A stretch of DNA of 61,032 nucleotides, filler included. It is 3 parts of 3 records of this genome, joined end to end, with 100 filler letters (N's around TTAATTAATTAA, not from the genome) between each part and the next. Parts side by side here need not be neighbours in the genome. Positions count along the whole stretch, not along the records: positions 35,977 to 61,032 come from DRR723986_9799; 2 more parts are not named here. One strand, written 5' to 3'. Positions within the stretch are counted from its first letter, which is position 1; every line of letters starts with the position of its first letter. This document shows, piece by piece, positions 41,080 through 51,381 of the stretch. The position numbers and the translations under genes were made by a program. Below the pieces are notes generated by a model. The model saw only the letters and a list, made by a program, of their open reading frames with translations, made no database searches and was not told where the DNA came from.

Positions 41080-42612
41080 TTACTCTGGCACTTTATCCAC
41101 CAGGGGCACTGTCTGCAGCGGAATATCTATACGTGGTGCATTCCAGTCCCAATCGGGATGCTGCAAGCCGCTCTGTTGTTCAAACTGCCAAACGATCCAA
41201 TCAAAAGGTAAGCGGAACCCAGGTCGCAGAGGGGGTGGAGGAAGCGGTGCATCCACAATCGATTTAAGCACCAGCTGCCACTTATGCTGATCCGGTGGCG
41301 CCTGCATGAGAGTTATGATGCGTCCGAGAATTTTAGAGCAGGAATAGTACCATTGCAGAATGTCGTTGGACTTACTATGCGTCCGCAGAAACTCCAGCAG
41401 GTTTTCATGTTTACGTTCAGCGGCTTCAAGCTGTTTGGATTGAACGTCAAGCGCTACTTCGATTAGCCGGCGTACACAGGCATATTGATCGTTGTGATGT
41501 TTGGGCAAGCTTTGAATTATCTGTTTTGGGCGTTCAAGGTTTCCCTGCAGAAGGAGGCACAAGGACACGGTTAAGCTATGCGCGTAGCTGACGCGCGCTG
41601 CACGGGATTTTGCATCTAGACTGTCGTAATATTCGATAAGGTCGGCATACTTGCGCATGGACGCAAAACAGGCGATACGTGCACTGGCGAATTCAGGCTG
41701 AATTGTTTGATTGTTTGTGGTTCCCAGTTCTTGCAATATGTTAAAGTATCTATTTGCAGCTGAGACGTGGTTGTGAAACAGGCAGGCCAGGCCAAGCTCG
41801 TTTAACAGAATCATTTTTTGATTAACATGGTTCTTTCCGAAAACACTTGCTCGGGATAGATGCGCATAACTTCGCGCCAGCAGACTCGTATCACTTTTAT
41901 CGGTGCAGTAATTATAGTACGCATTGTAATAGGTTGCATAGGAGTAGTCATCATTGCACTCATCACTACACAGGTCAAGTGTTTCCTGGAGTGTCTGTCC
42001 AACTTTTACGCCCGTCCGGTGGTAATAGAACCTGTTGGCGCGTAACTTGCCGAGTTCAGCTTCTCGCAGGTTACGCACGAACTGACGCTTTAACATGGCA
42101 ATGTTTTCGCCACACACATTGCGCAGTTCATTAACGGTTTCCAGATTGCCTGAATCATGGTCCTTGGTCAAATGTTGGCTGTATTGTCTGGTCGTTGCTG
42201 CAAGGTAATCCCAGTTTGATTGCCGCCTGGCCTGTTTTGAAAACTTAATCTGTTGTTTCTTAAATAGCTCGGGGTTCTGCCTGCGTAGGAATGCTGCCTG
42301 TAGCCACTCAGACTCAAAGTATGGATTCTGTTCACATTCGCGTTGGAGTTCGGTGCGCAGAATATAATCCTGTACATATTTGGCCAGTAAACGCAATTCA
42401 TTGCGCATCAGGTAATCTTTGTTTTGTTGGTACTCTTCAGCAAAACAGGCTTTAAACATTTCGTCTTTGGTGACGGGGCGCTGTGCCTCCACGGCAATAC
42501 ATATAGTCTTGAACAGCGGTGTAAGGCTGTGGCGTTTATGCTGCTCCAGTTGCGTTGCGATTTGTGCGCGCTCTTTATTCGTCAGGCATGCTACAAGCTG
42601 CTGAGCTCTCAC
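41080..42612 (-). CDS. Hypothetical 510-aa helical protein, paralogue 2 (putative wHTH + TPR-like)
   Basis: Shares QLVxCLTxxER, KDYL(L/M)RNELRLL, NDDYS, RAxVxGKxHxxQK and QFExxSGLxxPxWxW with paralogue 1. Confidence 0.8.
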   Translation of the reverse strand: MRAQQLVACLTNKERAQIATQLEQHKRHSLTPLFKTICIAVEAQRPVTKDEMFKACFAEEYQQNKDYLMRNELRLLAKYVQDYILRTELQRECEQNPYFESEWLQAAFLRRQNPELFKKQQIKFSKQARRQSNWDYLAATTRQYSQHLTKDHDSGNLETVNELRNVCGENIAMLKRQFVRNLREAELGKLRANRFYYHRTGVKVGQTLQETLDLCSDECNDDYSYATYYNAYYNYCTDKSDTSLLARSYAHLSRASVFGKNHVNQKMILLNELGLACLFHNHVSAANRYFNILQELGTTNNQTIQPEFASARIACFASMRKYADLIEYYDSLDAKSRAARVSYAHSLTVSLCLLLQGNLERPKQIIQSLPKHHNDQYACVRRLIEVALDVQSKQLEAAERKHENLLEFLRTHSKSNDILQWYYSCSKILGRIITLMQAPPDQHKWQLVLKSIVDAPLPPPPLRPGFRLPFDWIVWQFEQQSGLQHPDWDWNAPRIDIPLQTVPLVDKVPE

Positions 42613-42743
42613 CGGCTTGTTCCCTTTCTGTTAGTAGTCTGTTGTTTACTAACATACATCAATTCGCTGACTAATACGGCCGGATGAAGGGCGGCAGACA
42701 ACTCCGAATCGGCGTTGTCTTACCGCCTCTCTATTCGGTAATT

Positions 42744-43349
42744 TTAGTTGCCGGATACACGCGCGGTGAAGCTCCCGCCGCTGATGGTCTGTGTGTTTTC
42801 CGGTGCACCGATTGGTGCAAGAACGGCATCAAAAGTGCCCTCTATGCAGCGAATTTTGATAACTGGATTGTCATCGATTATAGAGTTGGATGTTAAAGTA
42901 ATGCCGCCCGAGATTGACCAGCTCTGCTGAGCTGATTGGTCAAGTAACCTTGCGTTGGCTTCAAAGTCGCCTTGTGGATTTTGCAACATATTTCCCAGTT
43001 CGTAGCGTTTATTCAACTCCAGCTCATTAACACCCTTGTTAATTGTTAGCGTTATTACCGGGGCGTTTTCGCCGCCGGAAGATGCAATTACTAGTACAGT
43101 TGTTGACAAGGTGCCTGAGGCGTCGTCACCAGATACATTTTGGCCTGTACCACCCGATGGAGTCAAAAGGTAGGTCATCAGAGCTGCGCAGTTAAGGGGA
43201 GTGCTGCCGCCGTTGTTGTTATTGTTGTTGCCGTCATCTGCATCGTCATCGCAGCCGGCGGTTAGTGTCAGAAGACAGAGGCAGATCATCGTTGCGCAAA
43301 CGCGTGACATCAGCGTGCGTATGTGTAACTGTGGGAAAAACTGGCGCAT
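42744..43349 (-). CDS. Hypothetical lipoprotein
   Basis: LTAGC lipobox followed by a D/N-rich linker; start 43349 or 43310. Confidence 0.75.
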   Translation of the reverse strand: MRQFFPQLHIRTLMSRVCATMICLCLLTLTAGCDDDADDGNNNNNNGGSTPLNCAALMTYLLTPSGGTGQNVSGDDASGTLSTTVLVIASSGGENAPVITLTINKGVNELELNKRYELGNMLQNPQGDFEANARLLDQSAQQSWSISGGITLTSNSIIDDNPVIKIRCIEGTFDAVLAPIGAPENTQTISGGSFTARVSGN

Positions 43350-44078
43350 AAGATTCAGAGTGTTTTTGCTGTTAAACATCGATAGTTGTGATGCCAATCT
43401 AGGCGCACTTGTGCTGGTCAGCAACCAGAAAACCATCGATTTGTGATAGGCGAATTAGTGGCAAGCATTTGTCTGAGAGACTGTGAATTGACATGCTGTA
43501 GTTCTGTAAGTGGCTGAAAAATATAAAGTTACGGTGCTTGTTGCTCCTGAGGTGCTTCGGCCCTTCATTCCTGCTTGTGATAGAAGTGTGTCAAATATTT
43601 TGTGATGAATTATTTTGAGCAGCACCAACAGCTTACGCACGATTTGTGGGTGATGTTTTTTTGGGACTTCTCGTCCAAAACGTTTGGGTAATTGCAGCGC
43701 CACTCCCTGCAGTTCCTGGCTTGCCTCCAGAGCACTGCGCCTTTGTTAAGGACTTAACTGCAGGCTGGTTTTGATGTTTTTGCTGGGCGCTGATGTTGCA
43801 GGCTGTGAGCCGTTCAATCGAACTTTAGTATCAGAATCACTGTGAGCTTGCAATCAGCATCTACGTCCCCTGAATCAACTGATGTACGTCTACATTGAAT
43901 TGGCTTAATATCTGCAAGTTATGCGCGGTCTGTGATGTTTGGTGTAAGACAAAGGGGGTGATTTTGACCTTGGATGTCTCGAATTAATATGCGTTATTGC
44001 TCCGATTTTCAGATGCGCTTTCACTGCCATAGTTGTCATCTGAACTACTAAAACTCATAAGTATTGTTAGGTGAATTC

Positions 44079-45701
44079 ATGTTCAATCAGTTTACAAGAA
44101 GTATCCGGCATGGCGGGTGCGCAGTTTTGTGCGTTGCCACTTGTTTCTCTTTCATAGTTCTTGGAAGTTCCTCTCTAAGAGCTCAAGGACCAAACCTTGT
44201 GCCGAACCCGAGTTTCGAGGAATTGGTGTTTTCGGTTAAGCCGCATGACGAAGATCAGTTGACGTCACATTGTAAAGAATGGCGCAGCGGTCACAGAGGC
44301 ACGGCTGACTACCTCTACAAAAACTCGGTTCTCTATTGTACGGATTTCTGCGGCCCACTGCCGGTAAACGGTTTTGGCAAACAATACCCGCGTACAGACG
44401 AAGCGTATGCAGGTATTGGAACCTTTAAGCCGGAGCCAGGGATGAACTTCTGGCGTCAGGAATATTTGGCCGTAAAACTTCTTGCTCCGCTGGAGGCTGG
44501 AATGTTGTACGAGGTCAAGTTTCATATGAGCCAGGCGGAGCGGAGTACATACGGAGTGGAAGGTCTTGGTGCGGCGCTGTTGACCGATGCCGCCGCGAGT
44601 GTTCATTTGAATTCGACGCAATGGCCTGCCCCGGTGATAAGTTTAACTCCAGATGTGGTTGCGACGGGAGATATCCCGAAGGGTGCTGACGATGACAATC
44701 TTGAGTCCTCAGTTTGGACTGAGGTCAGTGGGCAGATAATAGCTTCAGGCGGCGAAGAATGGTTGTTTATTGGTTTGTTCACTGACCCACCTACTACGAC
44801 TACGACCGCTCCTTGCTATGACGAGTGCCTAGATGCTCCTTGTTTGCCAGACATACTCGACCTTGGGCATAGCTATCATTACGTAGATGACGTAAGTGTT
44901 AGTCAGATTTATCGCGAGACAGACCCGTGTCCATGTATGTTTGACTGGCAGGAAAGTATCGATAATTGGAATACTCCATATGATTTCTTTAAGATCCGCT
45001 CAGAGTGGCCATCAGTAGTACACCCCACAGAGAGTGGAGTTTGCTGTTTGAAGCTTTATTATGAGTTTTCAGACATATATAAGCTACATCCAGGGTGCTC
45101 AAAGCAAGTCAAGAGCATTCGGGTTTCCGCCGCAGATCCCAACGGTGTAGGGCAAACCCAATTTACTGGAATATTGGCTGATCCACCTTTTGTAGTTGGC
45201 GGCGGCGGTAGCACTATTGAGCATGCATCGTCAAACTATTTACCAATTGATGGTGAACATCAATTTGTCCTGGTGTGTGGTGCAGTAAATTACAGTGGTT
45301 CGACTGGATTCTATTTTAAAATCGAGCTTTTAGACGAATTTGGCGGAGTGCTCTGTGAAAAAGTCACAGGCCGCGAATTCCGTTGCGAGAATATCTTCTC
45401 TAAGGAAGCCGATGCCCTGCCGTTAAACGCAAGTTCTCCAACCAGTCAGCAGTTTGTCTTTCCAAACCCAACCAGTGGACTGACAAACGTTATTAATCTG
45501 TTGCATGGAGAACTCGTAAAAATCGAGGTTCACGACATGCTTGGCACCTTAGTTCACACACTTGTACTACCGTCACCAGTCGCCGAAGGTCAAGTGGTGG
45601 AGATTGATCTGTCAGCATTGGGCTCTGGGGCTTACATACTTAGTCTGCATGGCTCTGAAGTTAGTGCGAAACACATACTGCCTGTATTGATTGAAAAGTA
45701 G
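44079..45701 (+). CDS. Secreted Cys-rich protein with carbohydrate-binding-like N-domain and T9SS type A sorting domain
   Basis: Signal peptide; NLVPNPSFEE, EYL...L..G..Y.V.F, YHYVDDVSV; C-terminal VFPNPT...LGSGAY. Confidence 0.8.
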   Translation: MFNQFTRSIRHGGCAVLCVATCFSFIVLGSSSLRAQGPNLVPNPSFEELVFSVKPHDEDQLTSHCKEWRSGHRGTADYLYKNSVLYCTDFCGPLPVNGFGKQYPRTDEAYAGIGTFKPEPGMNFWRQEYLAVKLLAPLEAGMLYEVKFHMSQAERSTYGVEGLGAALLTDAAASVHLNSTQWPAPVISLTPDVVATGDIPKGADDDNLESSVWTEVSGQIIASGGEEWLFIGLFTDPPTTTTTAPCYDECLDAPCLPDILDLGHSYHYVDDVSVSQIYRETDPCPCMFDWQESIDNWNTPYDFFKIRSEWPSVVHPTESGVCCLKLYYEFSDIYKLHPGCSKQVKSIRVSAADPNGVGQTQFTGILADPPFVVGGGGSTIEHASSNYLPIDGEHQFVLVCGAVNYSGSTGFYFKIELLDEFGGVLCEKVTGREFRCENIFSKEADALPLNASSPTSQQFVFPNPTSGLTNVINLLHGELVKIEVHDMLGTLVHTLVLPSPVAEGQVVEIDLSALGSGAYILSLHGSEVSAKHILPVLIEK

Positions 45702-45724
45702 TGACGCACACTGTTATCGTGTTT

Positions 45725-45764
45725 GTGAACACACGTCACCACATATTTGGTGGCGTGTGTTCAT
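45725..45764 (+). terminator. Hairpin after the T9SS cargo gene
   Basis: GTGAACACACGTCACCA / TGGTGGCGTGTGTTCAT long stem; weak U tract. Confidence 0.55.
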
Positions 45765-46001
45765 ACTTGGCTATCTGTCTACCTATTGGTTTTTTTATGT
45801 TAAAACCAATGAAATATTCTCTTCTGTAGCCCCGCGAACTAACAAAAAAGAAAAAAAGTAAGCCACATGAAAATGGGGCGAAGCGCTCTTGGATTGAGTG
45901 CCGCGCCCCAGAGTTTGGAACTTTCTATACTTTGAGTCAAATGTTTAAGTCACAAGAGTTTAACACAAAACCGCAGACCCTTAAACAAATGAACTGCCCG
46001 A

Positions 46002-47036
46002 TTAATTGTCAGGTCGTGTTGGGAATTCGCCGCGTAAAAAGGCTTCGGCCTCAAGTACATTTTCCTGACTGCCCATAAATATTGGAGACGTCTCGTGAAT
46101 ATCCTTGGGGACCAGGTCCAGTACGCGTTTACTGCCATCCGTAGCGCGCCCACCGGCCTGTTCTATTAACAATGCCAGGGGGTTGATCTCGTACATTAAA
46201 CGCAACTTGCCATTTGTATTCTTTTTGTCGGCCGGGTACATGAAAATACCGCCGTGAAGTAACAAACGGTGAATGTCGGCCACTGCCGTACCAATATAAC
46301 GCAGGCTATAAGGTTTGTGGCCATAGGCCGGATCCTTAACAAAATCAACATAGCGCTGCAGGTTCTTTTCCCAGCTGTGATAGTTGCCTTCGTTAATACT
46401 ATAGGAGTTGTTCCGCGTTGGCATCTGCAAGTTTTCCTGCGTCAGGAAAAACTCACCAACCGTTGGGTCATAGGTGAACATGTTAACACCTTGCCCCGTC
46501 GTGTATACCAGGCATGTGCTGGAGCCGTACAACGCATACCCTGCCGCCACCTGGCGATATCCGGGTTGCAGAAAGTCTTCCTGATGGCCATGGCCGATGC
46601 GGTCGGGTGTTACTCGTTTGAAGATCGAAAAGATCGTTCCAATTGTAACATTAACATCAATATTGGATGAGCCGTCAAGCGGATCAAAAAGCAGGACATA
46701 GTCGCCGCGCTCGTATTCCTCGGGAATTTCTATCAGGCCCTCAGCTTCCTCGGACGCCATGGCGCAGAGGTGGCCACCGTGATCCATAGCCCGAATGATG
46801 GTTTCATTGGCAAACTCATCCAGCTTTTTAACCTGCTCGCCATGGACGTTTTCTGACTCCGTCACGCCCAGGATATCGTTAAAACCCGCGCGGCGTACCT
46901 CGCGCGAAATGATCCGCATTGCCAGCAGCAGGTCACGCATCATACGCGAAAAGCTACCTGTGGCTGAAGAATGCAGCATCTGCTGCTCGGTGATATGTCG
47001 CTCAATCGTAACCAGTTTATTGACCTTGAATGACAT
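46002..47036 (-). CDS. fbp: Fructose-1,6-bisphosphatase class 1
   Basis: GEQVKKLD, ASEE, FDPLDGSSN, RYIG, GKLRLMYE. Confidence 0.96.
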   Translation of the reverse strand: MSFKVNKLVTIERHITEQQMLHSSATGSFSRMMRDLLLAMRIISREVRRAGFNDILGVTESENVHGEQVKKLDEFANETIIRAMDHGGHLCAMASEEAEGLIEIPEEYERGDYVLLFDPLDGSSNIDVNVTIGTIFSIFKRVTPDRIGHGHQEDFLQPGYRQVAAGYALYGSSTCLVYTTGQGVNMFTYDPTVGEFFLTQENLQMPTRNNSYSINEGNYHSWEKNLQRYVDFVKDPAYGHKPYSLRYIGTAVADIHRLLLHGGIFMYPADKKNTNGKLRLMYEINPLALLIEQAGGRATDGSKRVLDLVPKDIHETSPIFMGSQENVLEAEAFLRGEFPTRPDN

Positions 47037-47159
47037 CTGCCGCCCCTGATTCTGGAACAATCGCACCTTATGGTACGCCGGAAGCGGGACAAGATACAAC
47101 CAAGAGCGTTCAGCCCAATAGCCGTGCACATTTTCGGTGCTGCCGTCAGAGCCGGAAGC

Positions 47160-47630
47160 CTAGTCCTTTTCATCTGATTTATGCGGCGGAGTGCGCACCG
47201 CCAGTACCGGGCATGGCGCTGTGCGCAGCACCCGTTCGGTCGTAGAGCCAAACAGAAAACGCTCGAGGCCACGCCGCCCATGTGTGGCGATGCTGATCAT
47301 ATCAATTTTATGCTCGGAAGCATAGTGATTGATCTCATCTGAAGCACTTTGGCCTATAATCGTTTTGGTCACGATACTGGGGCATTTGTCGCAGTACTTT
47401 TGGCGCAGCGCCTCCAGTTCCTGTTCCGCCGCATCACATAACTCCTTTTCGGACTCTACCAGCCCCACCTGCGCATAACTCCAGGTGGCCGGATACACGG
47501 GCGGCTCGATAACGTGGATAATATGCAGGCGGGCCGAATTGCTCAGCGCCAACTCAAGTGCATAGTTGAGTGCATTGTGTGAGTGATCCGAAAAGTCCAC
47601 CGGGACCAGAATCTCGCGAACTTTGAACAT
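47160..47630 (-). CDS. Universal stress protein
   Basis: ILVPVDFS, ATHGRRGL, LFGSTTERVLRTAPCPVL. Confidence 0.95.
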   Translation of the reverse strand: MFKVREILVPVDFSDHSHNALNYALELALSNSARLHIIHVIEPPVYPATWSYAQVGLVESEKELCDAAEQELEALRQKYCDKCPSIVTKTIIGQSASDEINHYASEHKIDMISIATHGRRGLERFLFGSTTERVLRTAPCPVLAVRTPPHKSDEKD

Positions 47631-47775
47631 AGGTGATCCTTGTAGATTGTGTGAGTCAAAAACACATGAACAATCATTCCTTTATCTATTCCGCAATATC
47701 CGAAATTCAACGCGCAAATACCATGACCGAACTCAGAGTTTGAGCTGAGATATCCCCAGACCTATAATGCCTGAC

Positions 47776-47901
47776 TGACAGAACTGACACGACTGCCAAA
47801 AGCCGGAATCCTGCCAGATACGCATGTATGCCACATTTGGCGGTTAATGCCATTCCTGTCGGAACTGACAGGAAAAAGGGACAAAATCTGACTGCCTGAC
47901 A
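47776..47901 (+). repeat. Phased TG(A/C)CA repeats upstream of dnaK (candidate activator binding sites)
   Basis: TGMCA at 47776, 47785, 47794, 47812, 47829, 47848, 47866, 47897. Confidence 0.6.
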
Positions 47902-47924
47902 CGAAAAATGCCTAAAAATCGCTT

Positions 47925-47940
47925 TGGCACGGTCCTTGCT
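47925..47940 (+). promoter_or_regulatory. Sigma-54 (-24/-12) promoter upstream of dnaK
   Basis: TGGCACG-GTCC-TTGCT matches the TGGCACG-N4-TTGCW consensus exactly. Confidence 0.8.
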
Positions 47941-47995
47941 ATATCCAGATTGTGCAAGGCAAAATCATCCGGCCGGGAGTCGAATCCCAACAAGC

Positions 47996-48031
47996 CCCGG
48001 AACATTACCCGGAGCATTACCCGGAACATTA
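47996..48031 (+). repeat. 3 x 12-bp tandem repeat in the dnaK leader
   Basis: CCCGGAACATTA CCCGGAGCATTA CCCGGAACATTA. Confidence 0.9.
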
Positions 48032-48148
48032 GAAGCGTCGCACGGGCCCAATAAGCCAGAGCGCGCCAAGCACACCAGACTAGCAAAATCAAAACATATA
48101 ACTCCAAATAAAAAGACAAACACAACTCCAATTCAAAGAGGGAACATC

Positions 48149-50101
48149 ATGGGTAAAATTATTGGAATTGACCTCGGAACAACCAACTCGGTTGTAGCGG
48201 TCATGGAAGGTGCCAGCCAGAACGTCATTGCCAACAGTGAAGGCGGCCGCACTACGCCGTCCGTCATCGGCTTCACTAAAGATGGCGACCGCCTCGTAGG
48301 TGAAATGGCAAAACGCCAGGCTATCACCAACCCACAAAACACGATCTATTCGGTCAAGCGTTTTATGGGGCACCGCTGGGATGAAGTCCAGGCGGAAACC
48401 AAACACTTCCCCTACAAAGTTGAGTCGTCCAGCGACGGCACCGCAGTGCGCGTCAAAATCGACGACCGCGGTTACTCGCCTGAAGAACTCTCAGCCATGA
48501 TCCTGCAGAAAATGAAGCAGACGGCTGAAGACTACCTCGGTCAGAAAGTCACCGAAGCTGTGATCACAGTGCCGGCATACTTTAATGACTCACAGCGCCA
48601 GGCGACCAAAACTGCCGGTGAAATTGCCGGACTGAACGTGCGCCGGATCATCAACGAGCCGACGGCCGCTGCGCTGGCCTACGGTCTTGACAAGAAAAAT
48701 GAAAACCTGACCGTTGCGGTTTATGACCTTGGTGGCGGTACCTTCGATATCTCAATCCTTGAGATTGGTGACGGTGTATTTGAAGTAAAATCCACAAACG
48801 GTGATACACACCTTGGTGGTGATAACTTTGACCGCATCCTGATCAACCACCTGGCCGACGAATTCCAGAAGTCGGACGGCGTTGATCTGCGCAACGATCC
48901 AATGGCACTGCAGCGCCTGCGTGAAGCTGCCGAAAAAGCTAAAATCGATCTTTCGATGAAGCTCGAAACCGAAGTCAACCTGCCATTTGTTACGGCAACG
49001 CAGGAAGGCCCCAAGCACCTCAACATCAAAATCACGCGCGCCAAGTTTGAGTCGCTCTGCGAAGACCTCTTCAATCGCACGCTCAAGCCTTGTGAAAAAG
49101 CGATGACCGACGCGAAACTCTCGCCAAACGACATCGATGAAGTGATTCTGGTTGGTGGTTCAACGCGTATCCCCAAAATCCAGCAGCTCGTCAAAAACTT
49201 CTTTGGCAAAGATCCTGCGCGCAGCGTAAATCCTGACGAAGTTGTGGCCATCGGTGCCGCCGTTCAGGGTGCCGTTCTCTCAGGTGACATCAAAGATGTT
49301 CTGCTGCTCGACGTAACGCCGTTGACGCTTGGTATCGAAACCCTCGGTGGTGTCATGACGCCGATGATTCCGTCCAACACGACGATCCCGACGAATAAGA
49401 ATGAGACCTTCTCGACGGCCAGTGACAACCAGCCTTCGGTAGAGATCCATATTCTGCAGGGTGAGCGCCCAATGGCCGGTGATAACCGTACGCTCGGCAA
49501 ATTCCACCTGGACGGCATTCCGCCGGCACCACGTGGTATGCCTCAGGTCGAAGTATCTTTTGACCTCGATGCCAACGGTATCCTGAATGTCAGCGCCAAG
49601 GACAAAGCGTCCGGCAAAGAGCAAAGCATTCGGATCACATCATCCAGCGGCCTTTCCGATGCTGAGATCGAACGCATCAAACGCGAAGCTCAGGAAAACG
49701 CTGACTCGGACAAAAACCGCAAGGACGAAGTCCAGACGAAAAACGAAGCTGACAACCTGATCTTCCAGACGGACAAGCAAATTGCCGAATTCGGTGAGAA
49801 GCTTACGCCCGAGCTCAAAGGCAAAATCGATACTGCCAAAGAAGCTCTGCAGGAAGCCATCAAGTCCGGCAGTAACGAAGAGCTTCGCTCTAAAATCGAC
49901 GATCTGAACAACGCCTGGGCCGAAGCTTCCAAGCACATGTACGAAGCTGCCGGTGCTGAAGGTGCTCCCCAAGGTGGACCAGAGGGTGGACCTGCTGGTG
50001 GGCCGGAAGGCGCTGCTCAGGGCGAGCCTGCCGCCAACGGCGACGCCGGCAACGTTGAGGAAGCCGACTATACAATCGTGGATGAAGACGAGAAGAAGTA
50101 A
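48149..50101 (+). CDS. dnaK: Molecular chaperone DnaK
   Basis: [39 protein letters not shown]; start at ATG 48149. Confidence 0.98.
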   Translation: MGKIIGIDLGTTNSVVAVMEGASQNVIANSEGGRTTPSVIGFTKDGDRLVGEMAKRQAITNPQNTIYSVKRFMGHRWDEVQAETKHFPYKVESSSDGTAVRVKIDDRGYSPEELSAMILQKMKQTAEDYLGQKVTEAVITVPAYFNDSQRQATKTAGEIAGLNVRRIINEPTAAALAYGLDKKNENLTVAVYDLGGGTFDISILEIGDGVFEVKSTNGDTHLGGDNFDRILINHLADEFQKSDGVDLRNDPMALQRLREAAEKAKIDLSMKLETEVNLPFVTATQEGPKHLNIKITRAKFESLCEDLFNRTLKPCEKAMTDAKLSPNDIDEVILVGGSTRIPKIQQLVKNFFGKDPARSVNPDEVVAIGAAVQGAVLSGDIKDVLLLDVTPLTLGIETLGGVMTPMIPSNTTIPTNKNETFSTASDNQPSVEIHILQGERPMAGDNRTLGKFHLDGIPPAPRGMPQVEVSFDLDANGILNVSAKDKASGKEQSIRITSSSGLSDAEIERIKREAQENADSDKNRKDEVQTKNEADNLIFQTDKQIAEFGEKLTPELKGKIDTAKEALQEAIKSGSNEELRSKIDDLNNAWAEASKHMYEAAGAEGAPQGGPEGGPAGGPEGAAQGEPAANGDAGNVEEADYTIVDEDEKK

Positions 50102-50153
50102 GCGCTCTTCCCGGTTCCGGAGCATCTGTTCCCGAGCCCGTATCAGCTAAATC

Positions 50154-50193
50154 AACAGCGCCCGTGGAGCCTTCTGCGGGCGTTGTTATTTTT
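50154..50193 (+). terminator. Intrinsic terminator after dnaK
   Basis: AACAGCGCCCGTGGA / TCTGCGGGCGTTGTT stem, then ATTTTT. Confidence 0.75.
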
Positions 50194-50334
50194 AAACCAC
50201 CTGCCATTTATCATGTTTCGCGCCCACCATTTCCGTAATTTTGCCGTTTCTCTTCGCAGGCCCAGACCAGGCTCTACCTGCGGTATTTCCTTTTAGCAGC
50301 CTTTTCTTGTTTTCCACCGAACTGGGAGCATTCC

Positions 50335-50928
50335 ATGGCCAATTCCATCGATGAGTTGCTGGATTCAAGCGGCGCGATGGCCTCGGGGCATTATGCGTTG
50401 GCGGATGGTCGGCACACAGATCTGTTGCTGCAGCCCGTCAAAGTCCAGCAGTTCCCACCCTACAACCGCAAAGTCGCCTACGAAATCGTTAAACACTACT
50501 GGGACATGGATGTGCAGCTGGTGGTGGCGGCGGAAGCCGGCGCAATTCTGTTTGCCGCCGAAGTGGCGCGCCAGCTGGAAGCGCGCATCGTTTACACAAC
50601 CGACGAATTATATGCTGAGGGCAGCACTTACGAGCTGCGCGGCGCATTTTCTATGCACGCCGGCGATCGCATCATGCTGGTCGATAGCATGCGCACCAAA
50701 GAATATCCGCATCTGCGCGCGCTGGGGCGCAAGATTTTGCAGCGGGATGCGCGGCTGATCGGTACATCCACCATATTTGATCTTTCGGGTGAGGGCACGA
50801 TGCTTGGCGTGCGCCAGATAAGTGTAGCGCGTTTGCAACGCAAAATCTGGTCCGCGGCTGACTGCCCACTCTGTGCCGCGGGGCAAGCGCTAGACGATCC
50901 CGCGCGGGTTGGTCGCTCACATATTTGA
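50335..50928 (+). CDS. Orotate phosphoribosyltransferase-like protein with degenerate PRPP-binding loop
   Basis: GHYxLxxGRH, ELRGAF and CPLC match PyrE, but IMLVDSMRTKEY replaces the usual VEDVxTTGGS. Confidence 0.75.
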   Translation: MANSIDELLDSSGAMASGHYALADGRHTDLLLQPVKVQQFPPYNRKVAYEIVKHYWDMDVQLVVAAEAGAILFAAEVARQLEARIVYTTDELYAEGSTYELRGAFSMHAGDRIMLVDSMRTKEYPHLRALGRKILQRDARLIGTSTIFDLSGEGTMLGVRQISVARLQRKIWSAADCPLCAAGQALDDPARVGRSHI

Positions 50929-51381
50929 GTCTGTATGGACCAGGCTGGGCCTGGCTCGTATGTGTCTTGTGGCCCTGCGGGTTCTGCCGCATTTGTGGCG
51001 TTTGGCGCGGCTGTGACGAAAAATTGGGCTTGGTGTCTATTAGTTCGTGGTGCGGACACTACGAGTATTCCCCAAAACAGAAGTACGCGACTAACAGCCA
51101 GCCCAGGCGATTGCGCTTCAACAGCGGCAATCGGCGAATTCACCGTCAATGGTGGAATATCGCACCACATCTGTTAGTCTTCCGCTGCAATCTCTGTGAA
51201 TTGTGGCGCTACAACTGCCGAAAATTTCATATTATTACGGGATTTTTACCATCTGGCTAATAGGTGGTGAACCCCTTGCCGGCGCTGGCAAGCCTGACCG
51301 GGCTTAACCACGAGCGTTGGCACGTCCCAGCATTTTGATAGTAAAATGTACCAACCATACAACCTCAAACCCCGAACTCAC

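Noticed and set aside
43350-44078. Long intergenic region as ncRNA or small-peptide locus (incl. ORF 43455-43703)
   Set aside because: No recognisable RNA motif, RBS or signal peptide; treated as a divergent promoter region.
47924-48148. 75-aa N-terminal extension of DnaK
   Set aside because: It begins inside the sigma-54 element and crosses the tandem repeat; the canonical [10 protein letters not shown] start with an RBS is at 48149.
49960-50030. GGP(E/A) repeats near the DnaK C-terminus
   Set aside because: Ordinary low-complexity disordered tail of DnaK.
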